Of a stretch of 64,000 nt of DNA, positions 48,536 to 58,022 are shown in pieces; the first letter of the stretch is position 1, and every line of letters starts with the position of its first letter. The stretch lies in the sequence record MH460460.1; one strand, given 5' to 3'. A program made the translations under genes and the position numbers. Under the pieces are notes generated by a model. The model saw nothing but the letters and a program-made list of their open reading frames with translations. It was not told where the DNA came from and did no database searches.

Positions 48536-48614
48536 TTTGGACAGGGCAGCAATGCCCTACAAGATTCAACGTGAAGTGGAAACTTTTTGTAGGCAGGGAA
48601 GCCTACACTTTTTT
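48536..48614 (+). ncRNA. Candidate ~75-nt small RNA
   Basis: Bracketed by class-E promoter and terminator; 5' GNRA hairpin; no SD-led ORF. Confidence 0.4.
48588..48614 (+). terminator. Terminator between tandem class-E promoters
   Basis: TGTAGGC-AGGGAA-GCCTACA-CTTTTTT. Confidence 0.75.
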
Positions 48615-48639
48615 GCAAAGTCTCCTACTAAGGGGGGAA

Positions 48640-48696
48640 CTCTGCAAAATAGTGTCCAAAATTGCGATTGATAATATCGCTACTTTCCATCACTAT
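48640..48696 (+). promoter_or_regulatory. Class-E promoter
   Basis: CTCTGCAAA, TGTCCAAAAT at 48653; CACTAT at 48691. Confidence 0.7.
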
Positions 48697-48762
48697 TTAA
48701 TCTCACTCGGCGCAGTGCCGAAACAAACAAGCCTTAACTAATATTTCTTAGGAGAAATAATC

Positions 48763-50376
48763 ATGGCAATTGCAACCTCTACCAAACTGATCGGCAAAAA
48801 CATCGTTCTGCTGGACGGCACCAAAACCAAAATCACTGACGCAATGGCAACTGGTTATAAAGTTGCTGATCGTACTGTTCGCGTTGCGTCAAAGCAAGTT
48901 GCTAAGAAAGGCGCTTGCTATTACGAAATCCCGGTTACGTCTCTGCGTGAACTGATCGATTCCGGTGAAGGTTATGTTTCTTTCGCTGACAAAGCGATGC
49001 AGAAAAAAGTCGGCACTGATGCTTTCCTTGAAAAACCTGCTAAAACTTCTGGCCGCAAACCGAAAGAAGAGAAAACTTCTGGCCGCAAACCGAAAGAAGA
49101 GAAAACTTCTAACGTGCGTCCGAAACGTGGTAGCAAACCTACCAAAGAAGAAGACGAAGCCGAAGAAAAATCATCACGTCGCGTTAAACGTCGCGGCAAT
49201 AGCGATGCAGGTTTCGGCGCTCTCGCTGACTTCCTGATCAACGGCGGTAACAGCAAGAAGAAAGTTTCTCTCTCCACAATCGATCAGGATCTGGCGACTG
49301 TTCTTACTGAACGTCTGGTTAGCACGGTTAAAGATACCTCGCTGGCTAAATTCGACCGCAACAATGCGCTGATCGAAAACGCATTTGATGTTGGCTACTC
49401 AACTGAATTCGATGCGACTGGCGGTGACGTTCGCGTAACGCTCAATATCAAATACGCGCTGGAACAACCGGAACCGGAAGAAGTAAGCGGCGGTTTCGAA
49501 ATCTCTCCGGAACTGGCGAAGAAAATCAAAGCGCGTGTTGGTAAAACTGTTGGCAAAAAACTGGCTGCGGCAATCGCTGGACACCTCGGCGTTGAAGCAA
49601 GCGATATGACAGCGGGAACTCTGCTGGTTCGTGAAGGTGAGGATGGTCAGTTTGTTTTCTGCGGCGCAAGCAGCGAAGACAATAACAAAGCTGTTCTGTT
49701 CAACACTGAAAGCGAAAAATTCCGTACTGTAGGCGGCGCGTCTCTGGCTAACTACTCCATCGTCGAAGAAGACGAAGAGGAAGAGGAAGACGAAGAAGAC
49801 GAAGACGAAGAAGAAATTGAAGAGGAAGAGGACGAAGACGAAGACGACGGCGAAGCCGAAGACGACGATGCCGAAGACGATTCCGAAGAAGGCGAAGATG
49901 ACGCGGAAGGTGAAGACGACGATTCCGAAGATGCTTTCGAATACGCTTCCGTAAATAAAAAGCAACTGGCGAACGTAGACAAAAAGATCACGGCTAAAAA
50001 TCTGCCGATGCTGTCTAAACTTTGGGGCGTGCCGCAAAGCGCTCTGATTACTGGTCTGAAACTGACAGACGGCGATGATACTTTTGTGTTTATCGGTATG
50101 GACGAAGACGGCGATCTGCTGGTTGTCGAAGAAGGCGCGAAGGAAGTTGTAGCATTTGACGCTGACGATATCTCAAGCCTGTCTGGTTACTCTCCGGTTG
50201 TTGGTGAAGCCGAAGACGACGCAGAAGAAGATGGCGAAGATTTCGAAGATGACGGCGAAGACTACGACGATATGGACATTGACGAACTGCGCGATGTTGT
50301 AGTTCAGAAAGGTCTGGCAAAAGTTCGCGCCGCCGAAAACATGACGGAGAAAAAACTCCGCGCTCTGCTGAAATAA
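48763..50376 (+). CDS. Modular acidic protein (beta N domain, basic linker, duplicated domain, D/E tracts, C-terminal HeH)
   Basis: AGGAG SD; internal repeats. Confidence 0.8.
   Translation: MAIATSTKLIGKNIVLLDGTKTKITDAMATGYKVADRTVRVASKQVAKKGACYYEIPVTSLRELIDSGEGYVSFADKAMQKKVGTDAFLEKPAKTSGRKPKEEKTSGRKPKEEKTSNVRPKRGSKPTKEEDEAEEKSSRRVKRRGNSDAGFGALADFLINGGNSKKKVSLSTIDQDLATVLTERLVSTVKDTSLAKFDRNNALIENAFDVGYSTEFDATGGDVRVTLNIKYALEQPEPEEVSGGFEISPELAKKIKARVGKTVGKKLAAAIAGHLGVEASDMTAGTLLVREGEDGQFVFCGASSEDNNKAVLFNTESEKFRTVGGASLANYSIVEEDEEEEEDEEDEDEEEIEEEEDEDEDDGEAEDDDAEDDSEEGEDDAEGEDDDSEDAFEYASVNKKQLANVDKKITAKNLPMLSKLWGVPQSALITGLKLTDGDDTFVFIGMDEDGDLLVVEEGAKEVVAFDADDISSLSGYSPVVGEAEDDAEEDGEDFEDDGEDYDDMDIDELRDVVVQKGLAKVRAAENMTEKKLRALLK
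49042..49110 (+). repeat. 30-bp exact tandem repeat (2 copies + 9 bp) encoding KTSGRKPKEE
   Basis: AAAACTTCTGGCCGCAAACCGAAAGAAGAG x2. Confidence 0.95.
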
Positions 50377-50442
50377 AAATTAACGGAATGGCGCGGTAAC
50401 ACTGCCGCGCTTCCTCAACCTATTTAAAAGTTTTAAGGAAAA

Positions 50443-51375
50443 ATGAAAATGGCTATCACTCCTAACAAAGATTTGGTTAACGTTGTTGTTCGTCTGCTGG
50501 ATGGCAAAACTTCTCGCATCACTGGCATTACTAAAACTGGTTACACGGTTGAAGGTTCTGATAAGCAAATTCCGATGACGGAACTTGTGCGTAAAGGCCG
50601 CGTGTTGCAGCAACTCGATCCGGCGAAGCTGAAAGAAATTCCGGCTGAACAAACTTATCTGATGAGCGACGGCTATCTGCATATCCATACCCGCGATGCA
50701 ATGCGCCGCATCAAGAAAGGCGAGACGGTTGATATCCCGCCGTCAAATTCTGAATGGCTGCGCAAAACCAAAACGGTGAAGGTTGTGAAAGTGAAAGGCG
50801 AATCTAAGCCTAAAAAGATTACGCCGAACAAACCTGTTCGCGCTGACGCTTCTAAAGTTAAGGCTCCGAAGCGTCTTAAAACTGACGCGCAGAAAACTAA
50901 AAAGGTTGTGGCAAAAGCTGCGCCTAAATCAACTCCGGTTGATCGTAGCGCCGAAACTGCTGAGACGTTGTTCCTAGTAATCGAAAACGCTCGCACGAAT
51001 CGCAAAGCGTTTAAAGAGTTTAAAGCGATTGTCTCGGCTGCGATGGGTGTTACGGCAAAAGATCTGCCGGATACTGCAAGCGAGATCATCGAAAAATTCG
51101 GCGCTGCGAAAGTACGCAAAGGTCTGGCGGCTCTGTCTGAGCATTTCAATCGCCGCCGTGCGGAACTGAGTTTGCCTCGTAGCTTGAAAGCGTTTATCTC
51201 AAGCGGTCGCTTAACTCTGACTCCTGCGCAATTCCGTCAAGTGCTGGAAGTAATCGCTCCGACGATTCCGAAAGAGATTGTTGCTGACGTTGCTAAGTAT
51301 TATTTCAACGGCGAATTCGTTATCAGCAAAACCCCGGATCGCAACACCACGAAAAAATCTAACGGTGGCAATTAA
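50443..51375 (+). CDS. Basic protein sharing N-terminal domain with 48763..50376
   Basis: LLDG...IT...GY.V shared; K/A/P-rich linker. Confidence 0.75.
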   Translation: MKMAITPNKDLVNVVVRLLDGKTSRITGITKTGYTVEGSDKQIPMTELVRKGRVLQQLDPAKLKEIPAEQTYLMSDGYLHIHTRDAMRRIKKGETVDIPPSNSEWLRKTKTVKVVKVKGESKPKKITPNKPVRADASKVKAPKRLKTDAQKTKKVVAKAAPKSTPVDRSAETAETLFLVIENARTNRKAFKEFKAIVSAAMGVTAKDLPDTASEIIEKFGAAKVRKGLAALSEHFNRRRAELSLPRSLKAFISSGRLTLTPAQFRQVLEVIAPTIPKEIVADVAKYYFNGEFVISKTPDRNTTKKSNGGN

Positions 51376-51737
51376 TGGAAAAATCTGACGTGATCGTAAA
51401 TGGAATCTTCGGTCAGGTTTATTCCCGCCTTGTTCTCGCCGCAACGCAACGCGTTCTTGTTTACTACAATGAATTGTGTCCTGTTGTTTTCGGCATTCAG
51501 TTTTCAAAAATGAATAAAGAACAGGCCGATGTGATTTGGGATATTCTGATCGAAACAATGCGTATGGATGCGAAGGCGGGGCGGCTTCCTCTCGCCGCTC
51601 TTTATATCTCGCGCAAGTATGAAAAGAAACCCGGCGCAGGCTTCTGGTCTGCATATCACACATTTTACGGCTCTGAAATCTCGGAAGATGAGTGGTCTGA
51701 ACTTGTGGAAAAAATCTGGAATTCATATTCCATGTAG
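51375..51737 (+). CDS. Hypothetical protein
   Basis: TAATG coupling. Confidence 0.6.
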   Translation: MEKSDVIVNGIFGQVYSRLVLAATQRVLVYYNELCPVVFGIQFSKMNKEQADVIWDILIETMRMDAKAGRLPLAALYISRKYEKKPGAGFWSAYHTFYGSEISEDEWSELVEKIWNSYSM

Positions 51738-51745
51738 GAACGATC

Positions 51746-52222
51746 ATGAAAAAGAAATTTACTCCGAAAATCCCGCGCTCGAAGGTTGTGCCGCCTAGCG
51801 AGCGTGCCGAAATGGATCAGCTTGTCGCCTATTATCTTTCATCGGTAGGTAACAGCATGACGATGGTAACGCAACTGACGTTCTTCAACGTCACGAACTA
51901 CTGGCACATGACAGACGTTCACGATCCCGAAGCGTCCACGCAGAAGAATCACAAACTTCTGCGTGAGATAACGCAAAAGCTGAACAAATACTGTAAAGAT
52001 AATGGGAAGCCTCTTTCTTTGCTTCCTTTGCCCGATCAGCCCGGCGTTGAATTGAACGGCGAAACTGTTGTGGTAATTCCGTGGGAATTTTTAAATACCA
52101 CGGAATCGCGTCAAGCTGTTGATGCGTTATTCGAAATGGTATCTGCGAATGGTAATACAGATCTGGTTGCAGATGCTGATCTGAGGGATAAATATGTTTT
52201 TAGGGCACCTACTGACGTTTGA
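51746..52222 (+). CDS. Hypothetical protein
   Basis: AGGA SD. Confidence 0.65.
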   Translation: MKKKFTPKIPRSKVVPPSERAEMDQLVAYYLSSVGNSMTMVTQLTFFNVTNYWHMTDVHDPEASTQKNHKLLREITQKLNKYCKDNGKPLSLLPLPDQPGVELNGETVVVIPWEFLNTTESRQAVDALFEMVSANGNTDLVADADLRDKYVFRAPTDV

Positions 52223-53462
52223 AGATCGTCAAAAGCTGTTAAAACTTTATGGCTGGAAAATCATTGATACCTCCCCAAAGTATCTTGAATCTTCCAAAAT
52301 GGTTTGTGGCGTTCGCCATGTTCGAACTAAGTACGGTGCGCGTGAGCAAGTGTATGATATTTTGTTCCCGCGCATTCGTGCGAAAACGGTTCTGCGTTTG
52401 TTTAAAAACTTGCGCCGTGGTCAACGTGGAATGCTGTTAGAACAAATTTCAATTCTGTTCGAATTGGGATTGGGTGTTCCGAAGCAAAAACAAATCGCCG
52501 ACTATATCCTGCATTTAGACAATGTGGACGATCAGGAAGTTGGAATCAAGTACATTGGTAAACTGATAAAACAGTACATCGCCAATTACAAGTTTTCGAT
52601 GGACGATCATGATTACATGTACTGCGCTCAATTCACTGAGCAATTGTTGCTGATGAAGAAATTCATCGGGAAGACAAAACAGAACGTGAAAAAATCAGTG
52701 CGCGTTCCGGAAGGAAAGCCGTGTGTTATGGTTTATTCGCTGACTGACTTCAACGGTGCGAAATTCAGTTTGGTAGATGCTTACGCATTTTCATCGAACG
52801 GTTTTCCGATACCGATTTCAACATCTGTGATGCGAAAAGAGTTTGGTGCTGTCCCGCGCCAGTTTAACAGCTACGCGTTGAAGTCGCACGGACAGTATAT
52901 GTTGGTTTTCGGTATTCTACATTGGAACGAAGACGGCGAAGAAAACTTCCAGCACATGCAAACGCTGGACGATGATGAATACGAAGTTCTGGTTGACCAT
53001 TACGATAAGTATTGTTCGAAAGAACTTCTTGCGATGCGCAAGTTCCGCGATGTTGATCGCGAAGTGCATAACGCACATCGTCACGCAATTGAAGTTCTGG
53101 CAGTTAAAGAAGATGCAACCAAAAAAGAAAGGCGTCTGGTTCGCGAAGCGGAAACATATTTCGCTGAACGTGAGAAAGCTGTAAAGCAACTATCACGATT
53201 AGAACGAAAGGCCGCGAGCAAACTTGCTGAATCTGGCCCGGTTGCTTCTGCTCAATTCTTCGCTCTCGATATCGGGGCAATTGGAATTAGCCGCAAGCTG
53301 CGTACATTGGTTAGCACACCGCCTGAAACTCTCGCGAAAAGTTTAACCGCGTGGGGATTCACAACGGCGTTGAATGCGAATCCTAAATGTCTATCTTCTC
53401 GAATCTATTACGGCGTAACTTCTACGCGCCGTAGCTGGCAAATTGAAACGGAGAAAAAATAA
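52194..53462 (+). CDS. Hypothetical protein (422 aa)
   Basis: Long ORF; coupled to next gene. Confidence 0.7.
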   Translation: MFLGHLLTFEDRQKLLKLYGWKIIDTSPKYLESSKMVCGVRHVRTKYGAREQVYDILFPRIRAKTVLRLFKNLRRGQRGMLLEQISILFELGLGVPKQKQIADYILHLDNVDDQEVGIKYIGKLIKQYIANYKFSMDDHDYMYCAQFTEQLLLMKKFIGKTKQNVKKSVRVPEGKPCVMVYSLTDFNGAKFSLVDAYAFSSNGFPIPISTSVMRKEFGAVPRQFNSYALKSHGQYMLVFGILHWNEDGEENFQHMQTLDDDEYEVLVDHYDKYCSKELLAMRKFRDVDREVHNAHRHAIEVLAVKEDATKKERRLVREAETYFAEREKAVKQLSRLERKAASKLAESGPVASAQFFALDIGAIGISRKLRTLVSTPPETLAKSLTAWGFTTALNANPKCLSSRIYYGVTSTRRSWQIETEKK

Positions 53463-56410
53463 TGAATTCCTCTCAAACTTTCGGAACCGCCGCACATGCG
53501 GCAACTGTTACGGAACAGAATCTGAATGCAGGTTCTCCGGCAACTAAAAGCACGGTAATTGTTGTGCTGTGTCCGACTGTAAACGGCAACCAAATTTTCC
53601 GTGCGGAAAATAGCGGCAATGTTTCTCAAACAGTCGCGCAGGGTAAAGCGCTTAATCGTCTGACTGATCTTCTGGCGATGGCAGGCGATAACGCTGGTCA
53701 TGAACTGATGAGCGCTGCCGCTTCTATCGACGAGCGCTGCAAGCTGAAAGACAGTGCTGCGATGATTCTTCGCTATACTGTAAATGGTAGTGTAGAACGT
53801 CTCCAGAAAACTTTGTCTGAGGCGTTGTTTAAGGTCGGCGAAAAAGCTGCAAATGATAATACTACGTTAGCGTCGTATGCCAGTCGTTTTGGTGTTCACG
53901 CAATCGCGGTATCTGCGGAAAGTAATTCATACGCAATCGTTACAGCGATTCGTGATCAACTGGAAGCGTTCGACCGCAACGAAAGCAATTTTATCGTTGC
54001 GCAGAAAGCAAGTGTTGAGCAAATCAATGCTCCGGTTATCGACTGGTCTGCAACTTCCGCAAACGTTGTTCTGGAAGGTGCTGCGTTAAGTTTTGTAGTT
54101 CGCTCGGAAAAAACCCGCGTGAATTTCCTGATTAATCCTATTAAGGGGAATAATGTTGTGAGTAACGATCAGAAAGCTCTGTCTGTTTTCAGCCGCGAAA
54201 ATCAGGCGTCCGTAACTATGGAAGAAAAAGTCGCTGCACTCGAAGCTCTCGGTTACGATCTCGGCGCTATGCCGGATGAAGAAATTGCGCTGTCCTACGA
54301 TAGCGAGCGCGTTGATTTTCTGGAAGGCGCTGGCGTTGAAGTAAACTCCGGCGACGAAGGCGAAACTGACGACGCCGAAGAATCGGAAGAAGATTCCGAA
54401 GAAGGCGAAGAGGAAGAGGAAGAAGAGGAAGACGATTTCTCCGCTTCTGAAACTCTGGCAGAAATTCTGACTAACGCCCAACTGGATCGCGCTCAACTGA
54501 AAAAGCTGGTGTTCCTCGCAGGCGGTAAAGTGTTTACCTCCGACACCGAAGAAACTCTGACGGTGAAACTGCTGGAACTGGTCGAAGATAAAGACTACAG
54601 CGAATTCTTCCAGTTTGCGCTGGACGCTAATGAACGTCTCGGCGGCGTTGAAGGTTTTGCTGATTTCCTTCACAACGAAAGTGTTCTCGCTACCGACGAA
54701 GAAGAATCTGAGGAAGAAGATTCCGAAGATGACGGCGACGAAGGCGACGATGCCGAAGGCGACGACGATGATTCCGAAGATGAGGATGATTCGGAAGACG
54801 AAGATGGCGAAGATGAAGACGACGAAGACGAAGAAGATCTTTCCTTCAACTCTGTTGTCGAATTCATCGAACTGATCGGCGGCGATCTGAATCGCGAAGT
54901 TATTCGCGCAATTGCTCGCTCCGAAAACTTCGGCCTGAAAACTTACAAGAACGAAGACGCTGCTGCAATCTTCGAACGTGTAGTTGAAGTGCTGAACAAT
55001 AACGAACTTTCTCCGGAAGATTTCGAACAACTGATTCACGATCTCGCGCAGATCGAAGTTGTTGCCGCTGCCTATCCGGAATGGGCTGAGTACGAAGTCA
55101 ATCCGACTGACTACACTGAACTGTTTAACTTCGAAGGCGGTTCCCTGTCTCACGAACAGCGCGTTGCCGCTCTCGAAGCTGCGGGTAACGATCTCGAAGG
55201 TATGGGCATGGTTGCCGTGCTGAAACTCTTCGAAGAGTATCGCCGCGAAAATGGTTACGGTCAGGAAAGCGAAGAAGCTGCTGACGAAACTTACGCGCTG
55301 GATTCTGATGCGGAAGACGAAGGCGAAACTGACGAAGGCGACAACGCCGACGAATCTTCCGACGAAGAGGAATCCGAAGAGGAAGAATCTGAGGAAGAAA
55401 CCGAAGAAGAAAACGACGAAGCGTTTGTTTCCGATTCTTCTGAAAGTGATATCGGTACTTTCCTGCGTGTTCGTCAGGAACAAATGCTGCTGGTCAACTT
55501 CACGCTGACTGATCGCAGTACGTTTGAAGATCTCGCCGAAGAACTGCGCGATCAAAACGGTGTTGATTACCGCGTACCAATCAACATGAACGACGAAGCC
55601 GAAGGTTCTATGTACCTGCCGCTGACTGTCGCGAGCGATCTGCTGTCTGGTTCTGCTGCGCTGCCGTTCATGTCTGATCGCAAAACTTTCAACGTGGAAG
55701 ACTACGCTGAAAAACTGGCTAACACTATGCGCGGTCAAATTTCTGCGCTGCTGTATGAAGGCCGTCTGGAAGCTGGACAAGATCCGTACACTAGCGGTCT
55801 GGTGCTCGGTGATTTCGTTGAAGACGAAGACGAAGATCTGGATGAAGACGAACTGAGTTCTGACTATCTGAACGAACTGGTCGGCGATCACATTCCGATG
55901 GCGTCTCTGTACAACGCACATGTTGGCGTGCGTCCGGTTGTAGTTGATACCGAAAGCACTGTTCTGAATACCATCGTGCTTAACATTGCAATGCCTTGCA
56001 TTTGGGGCATCGGCAAGAAGAAAGTAAAAGATCTGGTAATCAGCACTTACAACCGTGTGCTTGCGCACATCGGCGAAACCGATATTAAAGTTTATGTTGG
56101 TTTCACGCTGAATTCCGGTTCACTGGTTTCTGATGAAAACCTGCAATTGGTTGTTCGTTCTGTTGGCGAAATGGCAAGCGAAGAAATCGCGGTGCATTCT
56201 TTCTCTTCTAACGATGTTCAGCGCATCGAAGAAAGCGAAGATCTGGTTGAAGCCGCGCATTCTGTCGGCACCGAAAACCTGCCGCTGGCGCTGCTGTCCT
56301 CCGGTATCGCTGACGCTGCATTTGCGAACGGCGGTGATCTGATTGTGATTCTGTCTCCGGCGGGTGATAGCGAAGACTACTCCGACGACGAAGACGAATC
56401 CGAAGAGTAA
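53462..56410 (+). CDS. Very large acidic protein (982 aa) with D/E tracts and repeated helical modules
   Basis: TAATG coupling; alternation of folded segments and D/E runs. Confidence 0.85.
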   Translation: MNSSQTFGTAAHAATVTEQNLNAGSPATKSTVIVVLCPTVNGNQIFRAENSGNVSQTVAQGKALNRLTDLLAMAGDNAGHELMSAAASIDERCKLKDSAAMILRYTVNGSVERLQKTLSEALFKVGEKAANDNTTLASYASRFGVHAIAVSAESNSYAIVTAIRDQLEAFDRNESNFIVAQKASVEQINAPVIDWSATSANVVLEGAALSFVVRSEKTRVNFLINPIKGNNVVSNDQKALSVFSRENQASVTMEEKVAALEALGYDLGAMPDEEIALSYDSERVDFLEGAGVEVNSGDEGETDDAEESEEDSEEGEEEEEEEEDDFSASETLAEILTNAQLDRAQLKKLVFLAGGKVFTSDTEETLTVKLLELVEDKDYSEFFQFALDANERLGGVEGFADFLHNESVLATDEEESEEEDSEDDGDEGDDAEGDDDDSEDEDDSEDEDGEDEDDEDEEDLSFNSVVEFIELIGGDLNREVIRAIARSENFGLKTYKNEDAAAIFERVVEVLNNNELSPEDFEQLIHDLAQIEVVAAAYPEWAEYEVNPTDYTELFNFEGGSLSHEQRVAALEAAGNDLEGMGMVAVLKLFEEYRRENGYGQESEEAADETYALDSDAEDEGETDEGDNADESSDEEESEEEESEEETEEENDEAFVSDSSESDIGTFLRVRQEQMLLVNFTLTDRSTFEDLAEELRDQNGVDYRVPINMNDEAEGSMYLPLTVASDLLSGSAALPFMSDRKTFNVEDYAEKLANTMRGQISALLYEGRLEAGQDPYTSGLVLGDFVEDEDEDLDEDELSSDYLNELVGDHIPMASLYNAHVGVRPVVVDTESTVLNTIVLNIAMPCIWGIGKKKVKDLVISTYNRVLAHIGETDIKVYVGFTLNSGSLVSDENLQLVVRSVGEMASEEIAVHSFSSNDVQRIEESEDLVEAAHSVGTENLPLALLSSGIADAAFANGGDLIVILSPAGDSEDYSDDEDESEE

Positions 56411-56421
56411 TCTGTAAATAA

Positions 56422-56453
56422 ATGGTGTGGGGCAAATTGCTCTGCACCATTTT
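56422..56453 (+). terminator. Hairpin/terminator after the 982-aa gene
   Basis: ATGGTGTGGGGCA/TGCTCTGCACCAT stem, directly after CTGTAAATA at 56412. Confidence 0.6.
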
Positions 56454-56464
56454 AAGGATTCCTA

Positions 56465-57217
56465 ATGTCTGATACGCAAATTGAAGTTTTACATCGGACA
56501 CTGTTTTCAACGCGTCAGTCACTTGATGAAAACATCATGGCACGTCGCGCAACCGAAAAGGTGTTGGATGAGCGCCTGAGTGAATTAGGCCGCTGTCAGG
56601 TTCAATTAAGCATTGCTCAAGAGCGAATTCTGAATCTCCAGACTGAATATAATAATGTTGTGGAGAAATCGGAAAGCAAAGCGAAGGATATGGAAGAAAC
56701 TTTCCGTACCTCCGAAGCAAAGCTGAAAGAAGAAATAGTAATTCTGAACGACAAGATTTCGGAACTGCGTGCGCTCTGCCGTGATATGCCGGAAACTCCT
56801 GCGGAACAACTGCTGGAAAACGTACTGCATAAAACGATGGCGTATCTGCATTCGACTGTGGTGTATTTCGCTGCCCTCACGTTGAATTCCAATCCGCAAT
56901 CTCTGGCTGGTAAAGAGTTGCTTGCGCTGACGAAAAAGCAAACCCTGAATCCGGGCAAATTGTTTTCACTATCTGTAAAGGAAAAGCAGATAGTCTTAGA
57001 AAACATTCGTTCGTTTGTGCAAGCAGAACTTGATAATTCTGAATACACAAACATCCGGGCGGTAATTACTGCAATGACCGCTTCGGATAAATCGTGGAAG
57101 ACGTTTCGCGATAGCCTGAAAAATTCTAAGGTGCTTTTCTCACTCGCATCTGACAAACTGGAATTTGACTCTGCGGTAAACGCGGTCGTTGAATTCATTC
57201 TTGAACAATTGAAGTAA
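56465..57217 (+). CDS. Coiled-coil protein
   Basis: Heptad-rich N-terminal half. Confidence 0.7.
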   Translation: MSDTQIEVLHRTLFSTRQSLDENIMARRATEKVLDERLSELGRCQVQLSIAQERILNLQTEYNNVVEKSESKAKDMEETFRTSEAKLKEEIVILNDKISELRALCRDMPETPAEQLLENVLHKTMAYLHSTVVYFAALTLNSNPQSLAGKELLALTKKQTLNPGKLFSLSVKEKQIVLENIRSFVQAELDNSEYTNIRAVITAMTASDKSWKTFRDSLKNSKVLFSLASDKLEFDSAVNAVVEFILEQLK

Positions 57218-57239
57218 TGAACGGGAGTTCGAAATAATC

Positions 57240-57818
57240 ATGGCTAAATCAAAGTCCACCTCACTGGTTCCGAAACGCATTGAGCGTATCACGAAAAAAG
57301 CTGGTGCAATCGCGCAGGTCAAATCCAAACAAACCGATCTGGCGCACGATATCGAAATCTCGACTCGCGGCGCACACGAAGTTTCCGGTTTCGTGATCGA
57401 AGTTACCGCTGACGATAGCGTAACGATCCGCCACAAGAAAGGCGCTGGTAGTTCCAAACAGATCGTAAGCACGTTTACCAAAAACCAGATCATTAGCTTT
57501 ATCGGTGAAGCTGGCGGTATGGGGCAACTGCTGGTTGACGCGTACATGGTTGTTCAGGTAATTCGCGGTCAAACTGTAAAAGTTAAAGACGATGTGATTA
57601 TCGCAACTGATATTCAGACTGGCGAAGTCACTCGCATCGCAACCAACATTCCGGGCTACGATGTTCGCGCAATTGTTGACGAAGCTGTTGCTTCTAAAAA
57701 GTACGGCACTCCGATTGCAGTTGAAAAGAAAAAAGGCGCGGGCAAGGTAGAAAAAATTGCCAAAGGCGGCAAAGATAAGTCCGGTAAAAAGAAAAAGAAG
57801 TCTGACGAAAACTTCTAA
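57240..57818 (+). CDS. Protein with possible Sm/Hfq-like fold and basic tails
   Basis: DIEISTRGAHEVSGFVIEV...FTKNQIISF; K-rich termini. Confidence 0.5.
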   Translation: MAKSKSTSLVPKRIERITKKAGAIAQVKSKQTDLAHDIEISTRGAHEVSGFVIEVTADDSVTIRHKKGAGSSKQIVSTFTKNQIISFIGEAGGMGQLLVDAYMVVQVIRGQTVKVKDDVIIATDIQTGEVTRIATNIPGYDVRAIVDEAVASKKYGTPIAVEKKKGAGKVEKIAKGGKDKSGKKKKKSDENF

Positions 57819-57836
57819 TTCGGTTCCGGCCTGAAT

Positions 57837-57970
57837 CTGTAAAGTAACGTTGAAGGACAGAATCTGTAAATCAATTCTGTCAGACAGAAACTGTAAACAG
57901 TTAATGTCAAACGCCACTGATTAATTTCGGTGGCGTCAGTTAAAAACATTTTTCTCTTAATCTGTAAATA
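57837..57970 (+). promoter_or_regulatory. Cluster of four class-L motifs with palindromes
   Basis: CTGTAAA at 57837, 57864, 57891, 57962. Confidence 0.6.
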
Positions 57971-58022
57971 GTAATTGAACAAAGCGTTCATTACTGAACT
58001 TTCCTAAAGGATAAAATGAATC

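Noticed and set aside
48552-48671. 39-codon ORF inside the sRNA candidate
   Set aside because: No SD, runs through a terminator and the next promoter
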